A DNA stretch of 64,000 bases from Candidatus Gygaella obscura (GTDB lineage: Bacteria > Omnitrophota > Gorgyraeia > Gygaellales > Gygaellaceae), in contig JAVCCR010000032.1 in assembly GCA_030765485.1 (NCBI GenBank), forward strand, positions 166,289-230,288, given 5' to 3'. Positions within the stretch are counted from its first letter, which is position 1. Each line of letters opens with the position of its first letter. A model generated the notes under the pieces. The model was not told the DNA's origin, made no database searches, and saw nothing but the letters and a program-made list of their open reading frames with translations. This document shows, piece by piece, positions 18,990 to 28,353 of the stretch. A program made the position numbers and the translations under genes.

Positions 18990-20717
18990 ATGGCAACATT
19001 AAAAGAAAACCTAACTAATATTCTTATTGATAATAGCCTTATTACCCGTGAGAATTTAGAAAAAGCCATTTCTACCCAGAAACAACAAGGCGGCAGTCTT
19101 AGTCAAATTCTTATAGATTCTGGAAATGTAAAAGAAAAAGATCTAGTTATTGCCTTAAGTCAAGGTTTAGGTATTCCTCCTATTAATTTAAATAAAATCA
19201 AAGTTGATAAAAAAGTAGTTAAACTGATATCTAAAGATGTTGCGCAGCGTTATTTAATCCTGCCGATTTCTCAGGTTGGGACAACGTTAACTGTGGCTAT
19301 GGCTGATCCTTTGAACGTTTTTACACTGGATGATCTAAAGGTTCTTACGAATATGAAGATTAATCCTGTGATTACTACGGCTAATGATATCAAAGACGCT
19401 ATCAAGATTTATTATGAACAATCCCAGCAGGTGGATGGTGTTAAAATAGATGATATCATTAAGAATATTTCTTCTCCGGATATAGAGTTAGTTAATGATT
19501 CTGGCAAAACGGAAGAAAATATTAGTTTTATGCATATGATCGATGAGGCACCTATTGTAAAAATAACCAATAGGTTTCTTACTGATGCGGTTAAGCTTAG
19601 CGCAAGCGATATTTTGTTTGAGCCTTTTGAGAAGACAACCCGTGTAAGATGCAGGGTAGACGGCGCCTTAAGAGAAATCGAGACTCTGCCTAAGTATATG
19701 CATGAGGCCATAGTATCGCGTACCAAGGTAATTTCCGGGCTTGATATTTCCGAACATAGGCTTCCTCAGGATGGCCGTTTTAAGATAAAATTCCAGAGTC
19801 GGGAAGTCGATTTTAGAATTTCAATTCTGCCTTCTGTTTTCGGAGAAAAGGTTGCTTTGCGTGTTTTAGATAAAACAACTGCAATGCTTGATGTTGAAAA
19901 GCTTAATTTTTCCGACCATAATTTAAATACCATTAAACATTGTTCTTCTTTCCCGCATGGCATGATGCTTGTCTGTGGTCCTACGGGTTCGGGCAAGACC
20001 ACAACACTTTATTCAATTCTTAAATATGTGGATAGTCCTGAAAAAAATATTGTAACTGTAGAAGATCCTGTAGAATATCAGCTTAATGGAGTAAATCAGG
20101 TTACTTGTCGGATTGATATTGGTTTGACATTTGCTGCGGCCTTACGTTCAATATTAAGACAAGACCCTGATATTATTATGGTTGGTGAGATTAGAGATTT
20201 TGAGACTTTGGATATATCCATAAAATCAGCTCTTACAGGGCATATGGTTTTAAGTACACTTCATACTACTACTGCTTCTGGGTCTATAATTAGGATGTTG
20301 AATATGGGGGCAGAACCTTTTTTGATTACGTCCTGCGTAGTGGGTATTATTGCTCAAAGATTGGTGCGTAAGCTTTGTCCGAAATGTAAAGAATCATATA
20401 AGCCATCAAAGGCGGTTTTGGATACTTTAAGCATAAAAGACGATATTAATGAAAATGTTAATTTTTGTCGGCCTAAAGGTTGCCCGGAATGTTTTAATGT
20501 CGGGTACCGCGGAAGAATTGCTATTTGTGAAGTACTTGTATTAACCCATGAAGTAAAGGGTTTGATTTTAAAGCGGGCGCAGGAACATCAGATAAAAAAA
20601 ATGGCTAGGTCTCAAGGGATGCGTACGTTAAGAGAAGATGGGATAGATAAGATAATTACCGGATTAACTACACCAGAGGAAGTTTTAAAGGTAACCGCTT
20701 CAGACGCAAAGGCTTAA
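18990..20717 (+). CDS. pilB: Type IV pilus assembly ATPase PilB/GspE (paralogue 1)
   Basis: 575 aa with an N-terminal MshEN-like domain. Walker A GPTGSGKTT, Asp box VEDPVEYQL, Walker B DPDIIMVGEIRD, His box TGHMVLSTLHT, and a tetracysteine CPKC...CPEC zinc motif. Confidence 0.9.
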   Translation: MATLKENLTNILIDNSLITRENLEKAISTQKQQGGSLSQILIDSGNVKEKDLVIALSQGLGIPPINLNKIKVDKKVVKLISKDVAQRYLILPISQVGTTLTVAMADPLNVFTLDDLKVLTNMKINPVITTANDIKDAIKIYYEQSQQVDGVKIDDIIKNISSPDIELVNDSGKTEENISFMHMIDEAPIVKITNRFLTDAVKLSASDILFEPFEKTTRVRCRVDGALREIETLPKYMHEAIVSRTKVISGLDISEHRLPQDGRFKIKFQSREVDFRISILPSVFGEKVALRVLDKTTAMLDVEKLNFSDHNLNTIKHCSSFPHGMMLVCGPTGSGKTTTLYSILKYVDSPEKNIVTVEDPVEYQLNGVNQVTCRIDIGLTFAAALRSILRQDPDIIMVGEIRDFETLDISIKSALTGHMVLSTLHTTTASGSIIRMLNMGAEPFLITSCVVGIIAQRLVRKLCPKCKESYKPSKAVLDTLSIKDDINENVNFCRPKGCPECFNVGYRGRIAICEVLVLTHEVKGLILKRAQEHQIKKMARSQGMRTLREDGIDKIITGLTTPEEVLKVTASDAKA

Positions 20718-20721
20718 TAAT

Positions 20722-22443
20722 ATGGTTAAATCATTAAGAGATAAAATTCTTGATTTTTTACTTGAGGAAAAACGGATTACAAGAAGCGATATAGAGAGGT
20801 TTTCTAAGCTTCAGGAGCAAAGCAATCTTAAGATTGAAGCTATTTTGATTGATAATGCTATAATTTCTGCACAGGAGTATTTGTCTATGCTGGCAAAAGA
20901 AACTAATACTCCAGTAGTATGTCTTGAAAAAATAGATTGTGATCCGGAAATTTTAAATATTATTCCTGAAAGGATATGTCAGCAGTATAGTATTTTTCCT
21001 GTTGCAAAATTGGGGAATCTTTTAACTTTGGCTATGTCAGATCCAATGAATATTTTTGCTATGGATGATATAAAGTCTTTAACTTCTTTAGAAATCAATA
21101 CAATTTTAGCCAGCGAAGAAGATATTAAAAAGAATATACAGTTTTGGTATGAGGAGTCAAAGAATAAGGATATATCTGAACTTATCGGAGAAGTCAATGA
21201 AGATGAAATAAATGTAGTCGGAGAAGGAAAAAAGAGAGAATTTGAGGGCCAGTTTGATTTAGACAGAGCAATGCTTGAAGCTGAAAAGTCTCCTGTTATC
21301 AAACTTGTTAATCTTATGCTTTCAGAGTCATATCAGAAAAGGGCATCGGATATTCATATTGAACCAGAAGAGGATTTTTTAAGAGTTCGTTACAGAATTG
21401 ATGGAATGTTGCATGATGCTTATCAGATACCGAAAGATAAGCAGAATGCCGTAATTACACGTTTAAAAATAATGTCTAATTTGGATATTACGGAGTTCCG
21501 TATTCCTCAGGACGGTCGTTTTAAAATCCGTTTGGGTCAGAATGAAGTGGATTTCCGTGTTTCCATATTACCGATCAGTTTTGGGGAAAAGGTAGTTTTG
21601 CGTTTATTGGATAAACGTAATCTTTCGATTGGTTTGGAAAAGTTGGGGTTTTTAGCTGAGCCCATGCAGAAATTCAGAGATTGTATCAATAAACCTTATG
21701 GGATGATTCTTGTAACTGGTCCTACTGGTTCTGGTAAATCGACTACGCTTTATTCGATTATCAATCAGCTCAATACTCCTACGACGCATATAATTACTGT
21801 TGAGGACCCGGTAGAGTATCAGATCGAAGGTATAGCCCAGATTCCGGTTAAGCCGGATATTGGTCTTACGTTTTCAGCAGGTTTGAGAGCACTTTTGCGT
21901 CAGAGTCCTGATATTATATTAATTGGTGAGATTAGAGATTCTGAAACTGCAGATATTTCCGTTAAGGCATCTTTGACGGGGCAGATGGTTTTATCTACGT
22001 TACATACCAATGATGCCGCAGGGGCTATAACTCGACTTATTGATATGGGGGTAGAGCCGTTTTTGGTTTCTTCAAGTTTAATCATGACTTGTGCTCAGAG
22101 ATTAAGTAGAAAGATTTGTAGTAATTGCAAGGCAGAATATAAACCTGATCCGACTGTAGTGAAAAATCTGGGAATAAAATTAGAAAAAGGTTCAGTTCTT
22201 TATCACGGAAATGGATGTTCTCATTGTAATAATACAGGTTACCGTGGTAGAATAGGGACAATTGAAGTTTTGGTTATTGACGATAAGATTAGGGAGATGA
22301 TTATTGAAAGAGTTTCATCTGATGAAATCCGTGATTATGCTGTAACCCAGGGCATGGAGACATTGAGGGACAATGGCATTCGTCAGGCTCTCATAGGTTT
22401 AACTACCTTAGAAGAGGTTTTAAGGATAACCTCAGAGGAATAA
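20722..22443 (+). CDS. Type IV pilus/T2SS ATPase PilB/GspE (paralogue 2)
   Basis: 573 aa with the same architecture as paralogue 1 (GPTGSGKSTTLYS, VEDPVEYQI, TGQMVLSTLHT, CSNC...CSHC). Full-length, with an N-terminal T2SSE_N domain. It is not a PilT. Confidence 0.9.
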   Translation: MVKSLRDKILDFLLEEKRITRSDIERFSKLQEQSNLKIEAILIDNAIISAQEYLSMLAKETNTPVVCLEKIDCDPEILNIIPERICQQYSIFPVAKLGNLLTLAMSDPMNIFAMDDIKSLTSLEINTILASEEDIKKNIQFWYEESKNKDISELIGEVNEDEINVVGEGKKREFEGQFDLDRAMLEAEKSPVIKLVNLMLSESYQKRASDIHIEPEEDFLRVRYRIDGMLHDAYQIPKDKQNAVITRLKIMSNLDITEFRIPQDGRFKIRLGQNEVDFRVSILPISFGEKVVLRLLDKRNLSIGLEKLGFLAEPMQKFRDCINKPYGMILVTGPTGSGKSTTLYSIINQLNTPTTHIITVEDPVEYQIEGIAQIPVKPDIGLTFSAGLRALLRQSPDIILIGEIRDSETADISVKASLTGQMVLSTLHTNDAAGAITRLIDMGVEPFLVSSSLIMTCAQRLSRKICSNCKAEYKPDPTVVKNLGIKLEKGSVLYHGNGCSHCNNTGYRGRIGTIEVLVIDDKIREMIIERVSSDEIRDYAVTQGMETLRDNGIRQALIGLTTLEEVLRITSEE

Positions 22444-22444
22444 A

Positions 22445-25400
22445 ATGCAAAAAGATTTAATTATCTATATTGATGAGTTGACCGAACTTTACAATAGAAG
22501 ATATCTTTCCCAGGTTTTTCCCAAGGAACTTAAAAAAGCTCAGGAAAAAAATTACAGTCTTTGGTTTTTTATGATGGATTTAGATAATTTTAAAGGCATC
22601 AATGATACCTTGGGTCATTTGGCCGGAGACGATGCTTTAAAAAGTCTCGCGGTGGTTTTGAAAAAGAATATGCGCGAGCAGGATATACTTTTTCGTTATG
22701 CAGGTGATGAATTTTCCGCAATTATCCCCGGTGGTACGCTTTCTGATGTTCTGGCGGTAGCTAAAAGAATTCTAGAAAACGTTGCCAGGTCCTCTTTTGG
22801 CAGTAATCCTATGCAGCCGGCAATGAAATTCACGGTTAGTATCGGTATTTCTTGTTTTCCTGAAGATGCAGTCGATACCCTGCGTTTGATTGATTTGGCT
22901 GACAAAGCCCTTTATGTATCGAAAAGAAAAGGTAAAAATCATATTTCCGTCGTTAGCGATGTGCCTCCAGAAGTTTTAAGTCTGTATCAGATTTTAGAAA
23001 AATTTCCTTGTCCTGTTTTTATCGATAGAGTAGAAGAATTAAACCAGCTTTTTAAAGCTACAGACGAATTTATAGCGCATAAAAAGAAAAAGAACATTTT
23101 TATATTCGGAAATTCCGGAATAGGAAAGACAAGGATTTTACATGAGTACGGAAAGAGAATTTCCAGTAAAAACATAAGCTTGATAGTTTCGCACGCAAAC
23201 GAAAAAGACATTTTTACAAATTATCATATTTTTATCGATGGTATTAGCGATTATTTCAAGACGCATAGTTTTCAGATGGAACTGCTGGAAGGTTTAGATG
23301 ATAAGGCTAAGTCAATTTTGGTAGGTTTTATTCCGGATTTGAAACGATTCGTAAGCGTTTCCGATACAGAACTTAAAAATCTTTCTGGTAAATCAATTAA
23401 GGATGAAGAAATAAAGATTATTTTCAAGAAATTTATTTCTAATATATGCAAAAAGCATTCTTTGTGTTTTGTGGTTGATGACCTGCAGTGGACAGATAAG
23501 GCAAGTTTGGATTTATTAAAGGAATTTAATTCCATAGAAGAAAGTCTGATGGTTATTGCTGCGGTTTCTAATGATTATGTTGTGCAAAAGGATAACCTTG
23601 TTCCTTTAAGCGATTTTATAACTAAGCATAGTTTATCTTTTGAGAGGCTTGATGTTAAACCATTTGAAAAAGAACAGGCTGCTAAGATGGTTAATGCTGT
23701 TTTTAATTCTTTGGATAATTTGAACGAATTTACATCGTTGTTATTTTCTGTTACCAAGGGTTCACCTTTATTTATTGAAGAGCTTCTAAAGTATTTTATA
23801 AATCGTGGTTTTGTTTTTTATCGTAAAGGAAAATGGGGTTGGTTGGATATAAGAAAAGAAGATCTTCCTTCAAGTATAGAAGAAGTCGTTGCTCAGCGTA
23901 TAAAATCTTTAAGTTCTGAATTAAAAGAGGTCATTACTCAGGCATCTGTAATCGGAGAGGGTTTTGAATTAAATCTTCTTCAGAAGTTAGGTAAAAAGAA
24001 TCAGGGCTATCTTATGGATTTGATTGAAACCGCCAAGAAATCTGGTCTTATCAGGGAGGAAAAAGGAGCTGAAGGCACCAGATTTGTTTTTACTAGTGCA
24101 AAAGTAAAGGATGTTTTATATGGTTTGGCAGATAAAAATGAAATTAAAAATCTTAACCGACAGATCGGACAGATAAAAGAAGAGATTTATAAAGGTAATG
24201 AAGATCAGGTTGCCGGCGAGTTATACTATCGATTTAAAAAGGCAGAAGATGAAAAGAAAGCTACTCGTTATGCAAAGATGGTTAAAGAAGGCCGTTCTTT
24301 TGTTTATGAAAAGAGTATTCATTTTGCCAAGGGTCTTCTGGAAGAAGTACAGGTTACTGAACAGGAAATTCCTGATAAGGTAATTGATGGAGTTTCTGAT
24401 ATTGTACGTCTTATTTATGTTTCCCAAATTAACAGCAGTCTTTATCCAAAGGGCAGCTCCATGCGTACTCAACCTTTGGCAGATTTGATTTCAAAACTAA
24501 AGAATATCTTTGAATATGTTTTGGTGGTAAGTTTTAGTCATTTTAATGAATTTTTAGTTGTTAATAATCGGATTTACGATAATGAGAGCCTTAAGGGAAC
24601 ATTTAGGAATGCATTTATTGGTCTTTTAAAGCAGAACAAGATTGAAAAAATTTCTTTTTTCCCTAGTTTAAGCGTAGAGGAGTTGGAGAATTTTTTAGAA
24701 TTGTTTGAATCAAGTGAAAAAGAAATATTCAAGAATAAATTTAATCAAGAAGAATTTGCTAATATAAAGGTAGAGTATTTAAGTTATGAGAACTATCTTT
24801 CCAAAAGGACCAAAGACAGAGAGCAGTTGCAGGATATTATGCTTTTGGATTATCTTTTAGGTAAAGTTCCTGGAGAAGGCATAGGGGGCAAGATGGATAT
24901 TCTTGATAAAATCCAGACACATAGTCAGGATATAGCTTCTGCTCTTACCAAGATGGCGGATAAAGTTAGCAAGCAAAAAGGAGTTGATAAGGATTCGGCA
25001 AGGGCAGATATACTTTCTGATAATTTTAAGAAAATATCTCAGCATATATTTAATAAAGGAGAAGGGGCCTGGGATAAGTATAAGAAAGGGCTTGCCAATA
25101 CAATACTTTCACTTGAACCTAATCTGCGCGATGAGGTTTTACATAAACAACTTGAAGAGGATAAGAAAAATGCCGCGCTTGAAAATAATCAGTCTGCTTC
25201 TGATACATCCGAAGAAGCTGTTTCTTTTGATAATACAGATGAATCGACTGGTAATTTAAAAAAAGATGCTTTGAAAGATCAGCCGCAGCAGGATATTATC
25301 AAGGCCTTAGCAGGAGAATTTCCCGAAGATGTTGTTCTGGATTTGATAAAGAAGGAATATAAAGATGGCGACAATAGCCCCGAGCAGTTTAAAGAGATAG

Positions 25401-26608
25401 TTCTAAAATTCTTGCCTGAAGATAATGACCAGAAAAAAACCTTGATGGATAAGATTAGTAAGCTTTTAAAAGAAGAAGGGGCTTCGGAAGAAGAGTTGAA
25501 GTTTCTTACTCAGGAAGAATTCTGGCCAAAACTTGGATTTAGTGAAAAGATTATAGATTTTATGAATATGGCTTCAGATAGATATGTATATATTTCCAAC
25601 AAATACGGGTTTAATCCGGTTATGGAGTTTGCGCTTTCTTCAGAGACAGGAGAGGTTAAAAAAATACTTGAACGCTTGGTTTATTTTATTGAGTCGGATA
25701 GCTTAGAAGCAAAAAAGATAGCCAAGCAGGACCTTCTGTCCTTGATTGATCTGGTGTTTACTTATAAGAAAAGCGAATTTTTAGAATTGTTAATTAATAC
25801 ATTTATCGCTGAATTGCGCAAAGAGCATAATGAAGAAACTACCAGTATATTTATTAATCATATTGAAAAACTTACTTATGTTGTTTTTTCTATGGCAGCT
25901 TTTGATTTATTCTCCAAAGTAATTAATGAATTAAAAAAACTTGTTGCAGAAGATAACACTTCCGAAGATATGAAGGCAAATCTCAGTTTGGTTTTATCTC
26001 ATATTTGCTCAGATGAAATAGTTCAACGATTGATTGAAAGATTATTTAATTATGTTGATAGCAATGAGGATTATTCTCAAATTATTCAGATTTTTGTTGC
26101 CATCGGTAAGCAGGCAGCGAATAGATTGATTGATGAGGCAATGTTTGAGAAAAACATAAATGTTGTAGGTTATTTCGGCGGATACCTTAGAAGAAAGGCT
26201 GTCGGTAATATTTTAAATATGATGGATAAAAATGATGTTATGGAGTTTATAAAAAATAGACTTCAAAACGAGAAGTGGTTTATTGTACGCAATACAATTG
26301 ATTTAATTATGCATATAGATAATCCTGAGTATATTTTACTTCTTGGAATCGTGAAAGATAATAACGATTCGCGCGTAAGAAGAAAACTGCTTTTTGTTTT
26401 GGGTAGGTTTAAGAGCAAGCAGGCATTGGATATTTGTTATTCTCTGGCTAATGACCGTGATGATGCTATTGCTATGGGTTCGATAAAGCTGATTGCTTCT
26501 ATTGGAGATAAAGATTCTCTTGATTTTTTGAACAATTTATCTGTAAAACATTCCTTGCGTGATGAGAAAAATAAAGCTATTGAAGAGCTGAAAGAAAGGT
26601 TAAAATAA
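22445..26608 (+). CDS. Large multidomain signalling protein: GGDEF (RYAGDEF, I-site REQD) - AAA16/STAND-type P-loop NTPase - helical/HEAT-like repeats
   Basis: 1387 aa. Residues 1-175 form a GGDEF fold (DLDNFKGINDTLGHLAGD...RYAGDEF...KALYVSKRKGKN). Walker A is FGNSGIGKTR and Walker B is LCFVVDDLQWTDKASLDLL, the AAA_16/STAND signature. The C-terminal ~250 aa are HEAT/PBS-like repeats (DSRVRRKLLFVLGRF...NDRDDAIAMGSIKLIASIGD). It is translationally coupled to pilB2 upstream and to the MshEN gene downstream. Confidence 0.7.
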   Translation: MQKDLIIYIDELTELYNRRYLSQVFPKELKKAQEKNYSLWFFMMDLDNFKGINDTLGHLAGDDALKSLAVVLKKNMREQDILFRYAGDEFSAIIPGGTLSDVLAVAKRILENVARSSFGSNPMQPAMKFTVSIGISCFPEDAVDTLRLIDLADKALYVSKRKGKNHISVVSDVPPEVLSLYQILEKFPCPVFIDRVEELNQLFKATDEFIAHKKKKNIFIFGNSGIGKTRILHEYGKRISSKNISLIVSHANEKDIFTNYHIFIDGISDYFKTHSFQMELLEGLDDKAKSILVGFIPDLKRFVSVSDTELKNLSGKSIKDEEIKIIFKKFISNICKKHSLCFVVDDLQWTDKASLDLLKEFNSIEESLMVIAAVSNDYVVQKDNLVPLSDFITKHSLSFERLDVKPFEKEQAAKMVNAVFNSLDNLNEFTSLLFSVTKGSPLFIEELLKYFINRGFVFYRKGKWGWLDIRKEDLPSSIEEVVAQRIKSLSSELKEVITQASVIGEGFELNLLQKLGKKNQGYLMDLIETAKKSGLIREEKGAEGTRFVFTSAKVKDVLYGLADKNEIKNLNRQIGQIKEEIYKGNEDQVAGELYYRFKKAEDEKKATRYAKMVKEGRSFVYEKSIHFAKGLLEEVQVTEQEIPDKVIDGVSDIVRLIYVSQINSSLYPKGSSMRTQPLADLISKLKNIFEYVLVVSFSHFNEFLVVNNRIYDNESLKGTFRNAFIGLLKQNKIEKISFFPSLSVEELENFLELFESSEKEIFKNKFNQEEFANIKVEYLSYENYLSKRTKDREQLQDIMLLDYLLGKVPGEGIGGKMDILDKIQTHSQDIASALTKMADKVSKQKGVDKDSARADILSDNFKKISQHIFNKGEGAWDKYKKGLANTILSLEPNLRDEVLHKQLEEDKKNAALENNQSASDTSEEAVSFDNTDESTGNLKKDALKDQPQQDIIKALAGEFPEDVVLDLIKKEYKDGDNSPEQFKEIVLKFLPEDNDQKKTLMDKISKLLKEEGASEEELKFLTQEEFWPKLGFSEKIIDFMNMASDRYVYISNKYGFNPVMEFALSSETGEVKKILERLVYFIESDSLEAKKIAKQDLLSLIDLVFTYKKSEFLELLINTFIAELRKEHNEETTSIFINHIEKLTYVVFSMAAFDLFSKVINELKKLVAEDNTSEDMKANLSLVLSHICSDEIVQRLIERLFNYVDSNEDYSQIIQIFVAIGKQAANRLIDEAMFEKNINVVGYFGGYLRRKAVGNILNMMDKNDVMEFIKNRLQNEKWFIVRNTIDLIMHIDNPEYILLLGIVKDNNDSRVRRKLLFVLGRFKSKQALDICYSLANDRDDAIAMGSIKLIASIGDKDSLDFLNNLSVKHSLRDEKNKAIEELKERLK

Positions 26609-26610
26609 TA

Positions 26611-27081
26611 ATGCCTTTTAAAAGACAGTCGATATATAAGAAGCAATTATTGGGCCAGATTTTTTTAAAAAGCGGGATTATCTCTAAGGAGCAGCTTAAG
26701 GAAGCGCTTGAAACACAGAAAAAAGAGGGTGGGTTTTTAGGAAGCGTATTGATTAAGCTTGGTTATTTGACTGAGATGGATTTGGTTACAGGTTTGTCTA
26801 GCCAGTGCAGTATACCTTATTTGCCGCCTCAAAGATATAAAATACCGAAAAGTGTTTCTGAAATCATGACTGAGGATTTTTTAAGAGAGAATAGTTTTGT
26901 TCCTATTGATAAATTTCACGATACTCTGACAGTTTGTATGGTTAATCCTTTAAATGATCGGGCAATAAGCGAGATTTCACGAGTTAGCAATATGGAAGTT
27001 CTTGCCTGTATTGCCACAAAGGAAGAAATAGAAAAAACAATTAATAGCTTATTTAAGAAAAATTCTAAAAATGGATTGTAA
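26611..27081 (+). CDS. Standalone MshEN / T2SSE_N domain protein (second copy)
   Basis: 156 aa. LLGQIFLKSGIISKEQLKEALETQ is an excellent match to the MshEN c-di-GMP binding motif. Downstream is ...CSIPYLPPQRY..., as in GspE N-domains. Confidence 0.7.
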   Translation: MPFKRQSIYKKQLLGQIFLKSGIISKEQLKEALETQKKEGGFLGSVLIKLGYLTEMDLVTGLSSQCSIPYLPPQRYKIPKSVSEIMTEDFLRENSFVPIDKFHDTLTVCMVNPLNDRAISEISRVSNMEVLACIATKEEIEKTINSLFKKNSKNGL

Positions 27082-27143
27082 TTGTACACATATTATTATA
27101 CAATTAAAATATTACTTGTTATATTTAAAGAAAGGATTTTTAA

Positions 27144-28349
27144 ATGCCACAATTTAAATATTACTCAAAAGACAAAAAAGGAGCTTCTGTAAATGGTATC
27201 CTTGAAGCGGAAAATAAAAACGTTGTAATTGAAGAATTAAGGCGTAGGCAGTTAACTATCATTACCTTAAAGGAAGTAAAGAAGGCCTTTAGTTTTGGTG
27301 GTAAGAAAAAGGTTTCTTCGGATGATTTGGTTATTTTCTCCCGTCAGTTAGCCACAATGGTAAATTCTGGCATACCGTTAGTTCAGTCTTTGGATATTCT
27401 AGGTGAACAACTTGATAATAAGCAATTCCGTTCGATAATTATGACTATTAGAGATGATATACAGACAGGTCTTAGCTTATCCGGTGCGTTTGCAAAACAC
27501 CCCAGTGTTTTTTCTACACTTTACATAAACATGGTAAAAGCTGGGGAGACTTCTGGTATGCTTGATGAGATTTTAGATCGGCTTGCTATCTACTTGGAAA
27601 AGTCCAATTCTTTAAAAAAGAAGATAATGGCAGCTATGATTTATCCTGCTTTGGTTTTTAGTATGGCGATAATAATCACTTCCGGTCTTTTGATTTTCGT
27701 TGTCCCTCAGTTTAAATCGATTTTTAGTTCTTTTGGCGGCAAACTTCCATTACCTACGGTTATTTTAATCGCTATAAGTGATAATTTTGCAAAGATTATA
27801 CCTTCTTTGATTGTGCTAATAATTATTACTGCGGTTGTATTTTCCCGGGTCATTAAAACTCCGAAAGGAAGATTCAAATTTGATCAGTTTAAGCTAAAAG
27901 TGTTTATTTTCGGTAAGATGTTTCAGATGGTGGCAGTAAGTAGGTTTTCTAGGACATTATCTACGTTAGTCAGAAGCGGCGTTTCTATTTTAACTGCCTT
28001 AGATATAGTTTCTAAAACAACGGGAAATAAAGTTATTGAACAGGCATTGGATAATGTAGGTGCTAATATAAAAGAAGGTAAATCCATTGCTTTGCCTTTG
28101 GCTGAGGCTAAGGTTTTTCCTCCTATGGTTGTAAGGATGATTTCTGTAGGTGAGCAGTCAGGAGAGTTAGAAAAGATGCTTACTAAGATCTCTGATTTTT
28201 ATGATGAACAGGTGGATATTGCCGTATCTGGACTTTCCAGCGTAATAGAGCCTGTAATTATTATATTTTTAGGTCTTGTTATTGGCTCAATCGTTATTGC
28301 CATATTCTTGCCGATATTGAAGATGTCTTCTCTTGTCGGAGGAATGTAA
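27144..28349 (+). CDS. pilC: Type IV pilus platform protein PilC (GspF family)
   Basis: 401 aa with two GspF repeats and 3 TM segments. Characteristic blocks are SRQLATMVNSGIPLVQSL and MISVGEQSGELEKML. Confidence 0.9.
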   Translation: MPQFKYYSKDKKGASVNGILEAENKNVVIEELRRRQLTIITLKEVKKAFSFGGKKKVSSDDLVIFSRQLATMVNSGIPLVQSLDILGEQLDNKQFRSIIMTIRDDIQTGLSLSGAFAKHPSVFSTLYINMVKAGETSGMLDEILDRLAIYLEKSNSLKKKIMAAMIYPALVFSMAIIITSGLLIFVVPQFKSIFSSFGGKLPLPTVILIAISDNFAKIIPSLIVLIIITAVVFSRVIKTPKGRFKFDQFKLKVFIFGKMFQMVAVSRFSRTLSTLVRSGVSILTALDIVSKTTGNKVIEQALDNVGANIKEGKSIALPLAEAKVFPPMVVRMISVGEQSGELEKMLTKISDFYDEQVDIAVSGLSSVIEPVIIIFLGLVIGSIVIAIFLPILKMSSLVGGM

Positions 28350-28353
28350 AAGG

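Noticed and set aside
22445-26608. Reading the GGDEF-STAND protein as an anti-phage Avs/STAND defence gene
   Set aside because: STAND NTPases with N-terminal effectors do occur in defence islands. This gene is translationally coupled on both sides to pilus genes. There are no flanking mobile-element, integrase or other defence genes, and the effector is a signalling domain rather than a nuclease, protease or TIR. A regulatory role in the pilus operon is more parsimonious. A defence role cannot be fully excluded without experiments.
27082-27143. Internal promoter in the 62-nt gap before pilC
   Set aside because: The gap is AT-rich with several loosely -10-like hexamers (TATATT, TATTAT). There is no convincing -35 at the right spacing. 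I cannot distinguish a promoter from ordinary AT-rich spacer sequence.
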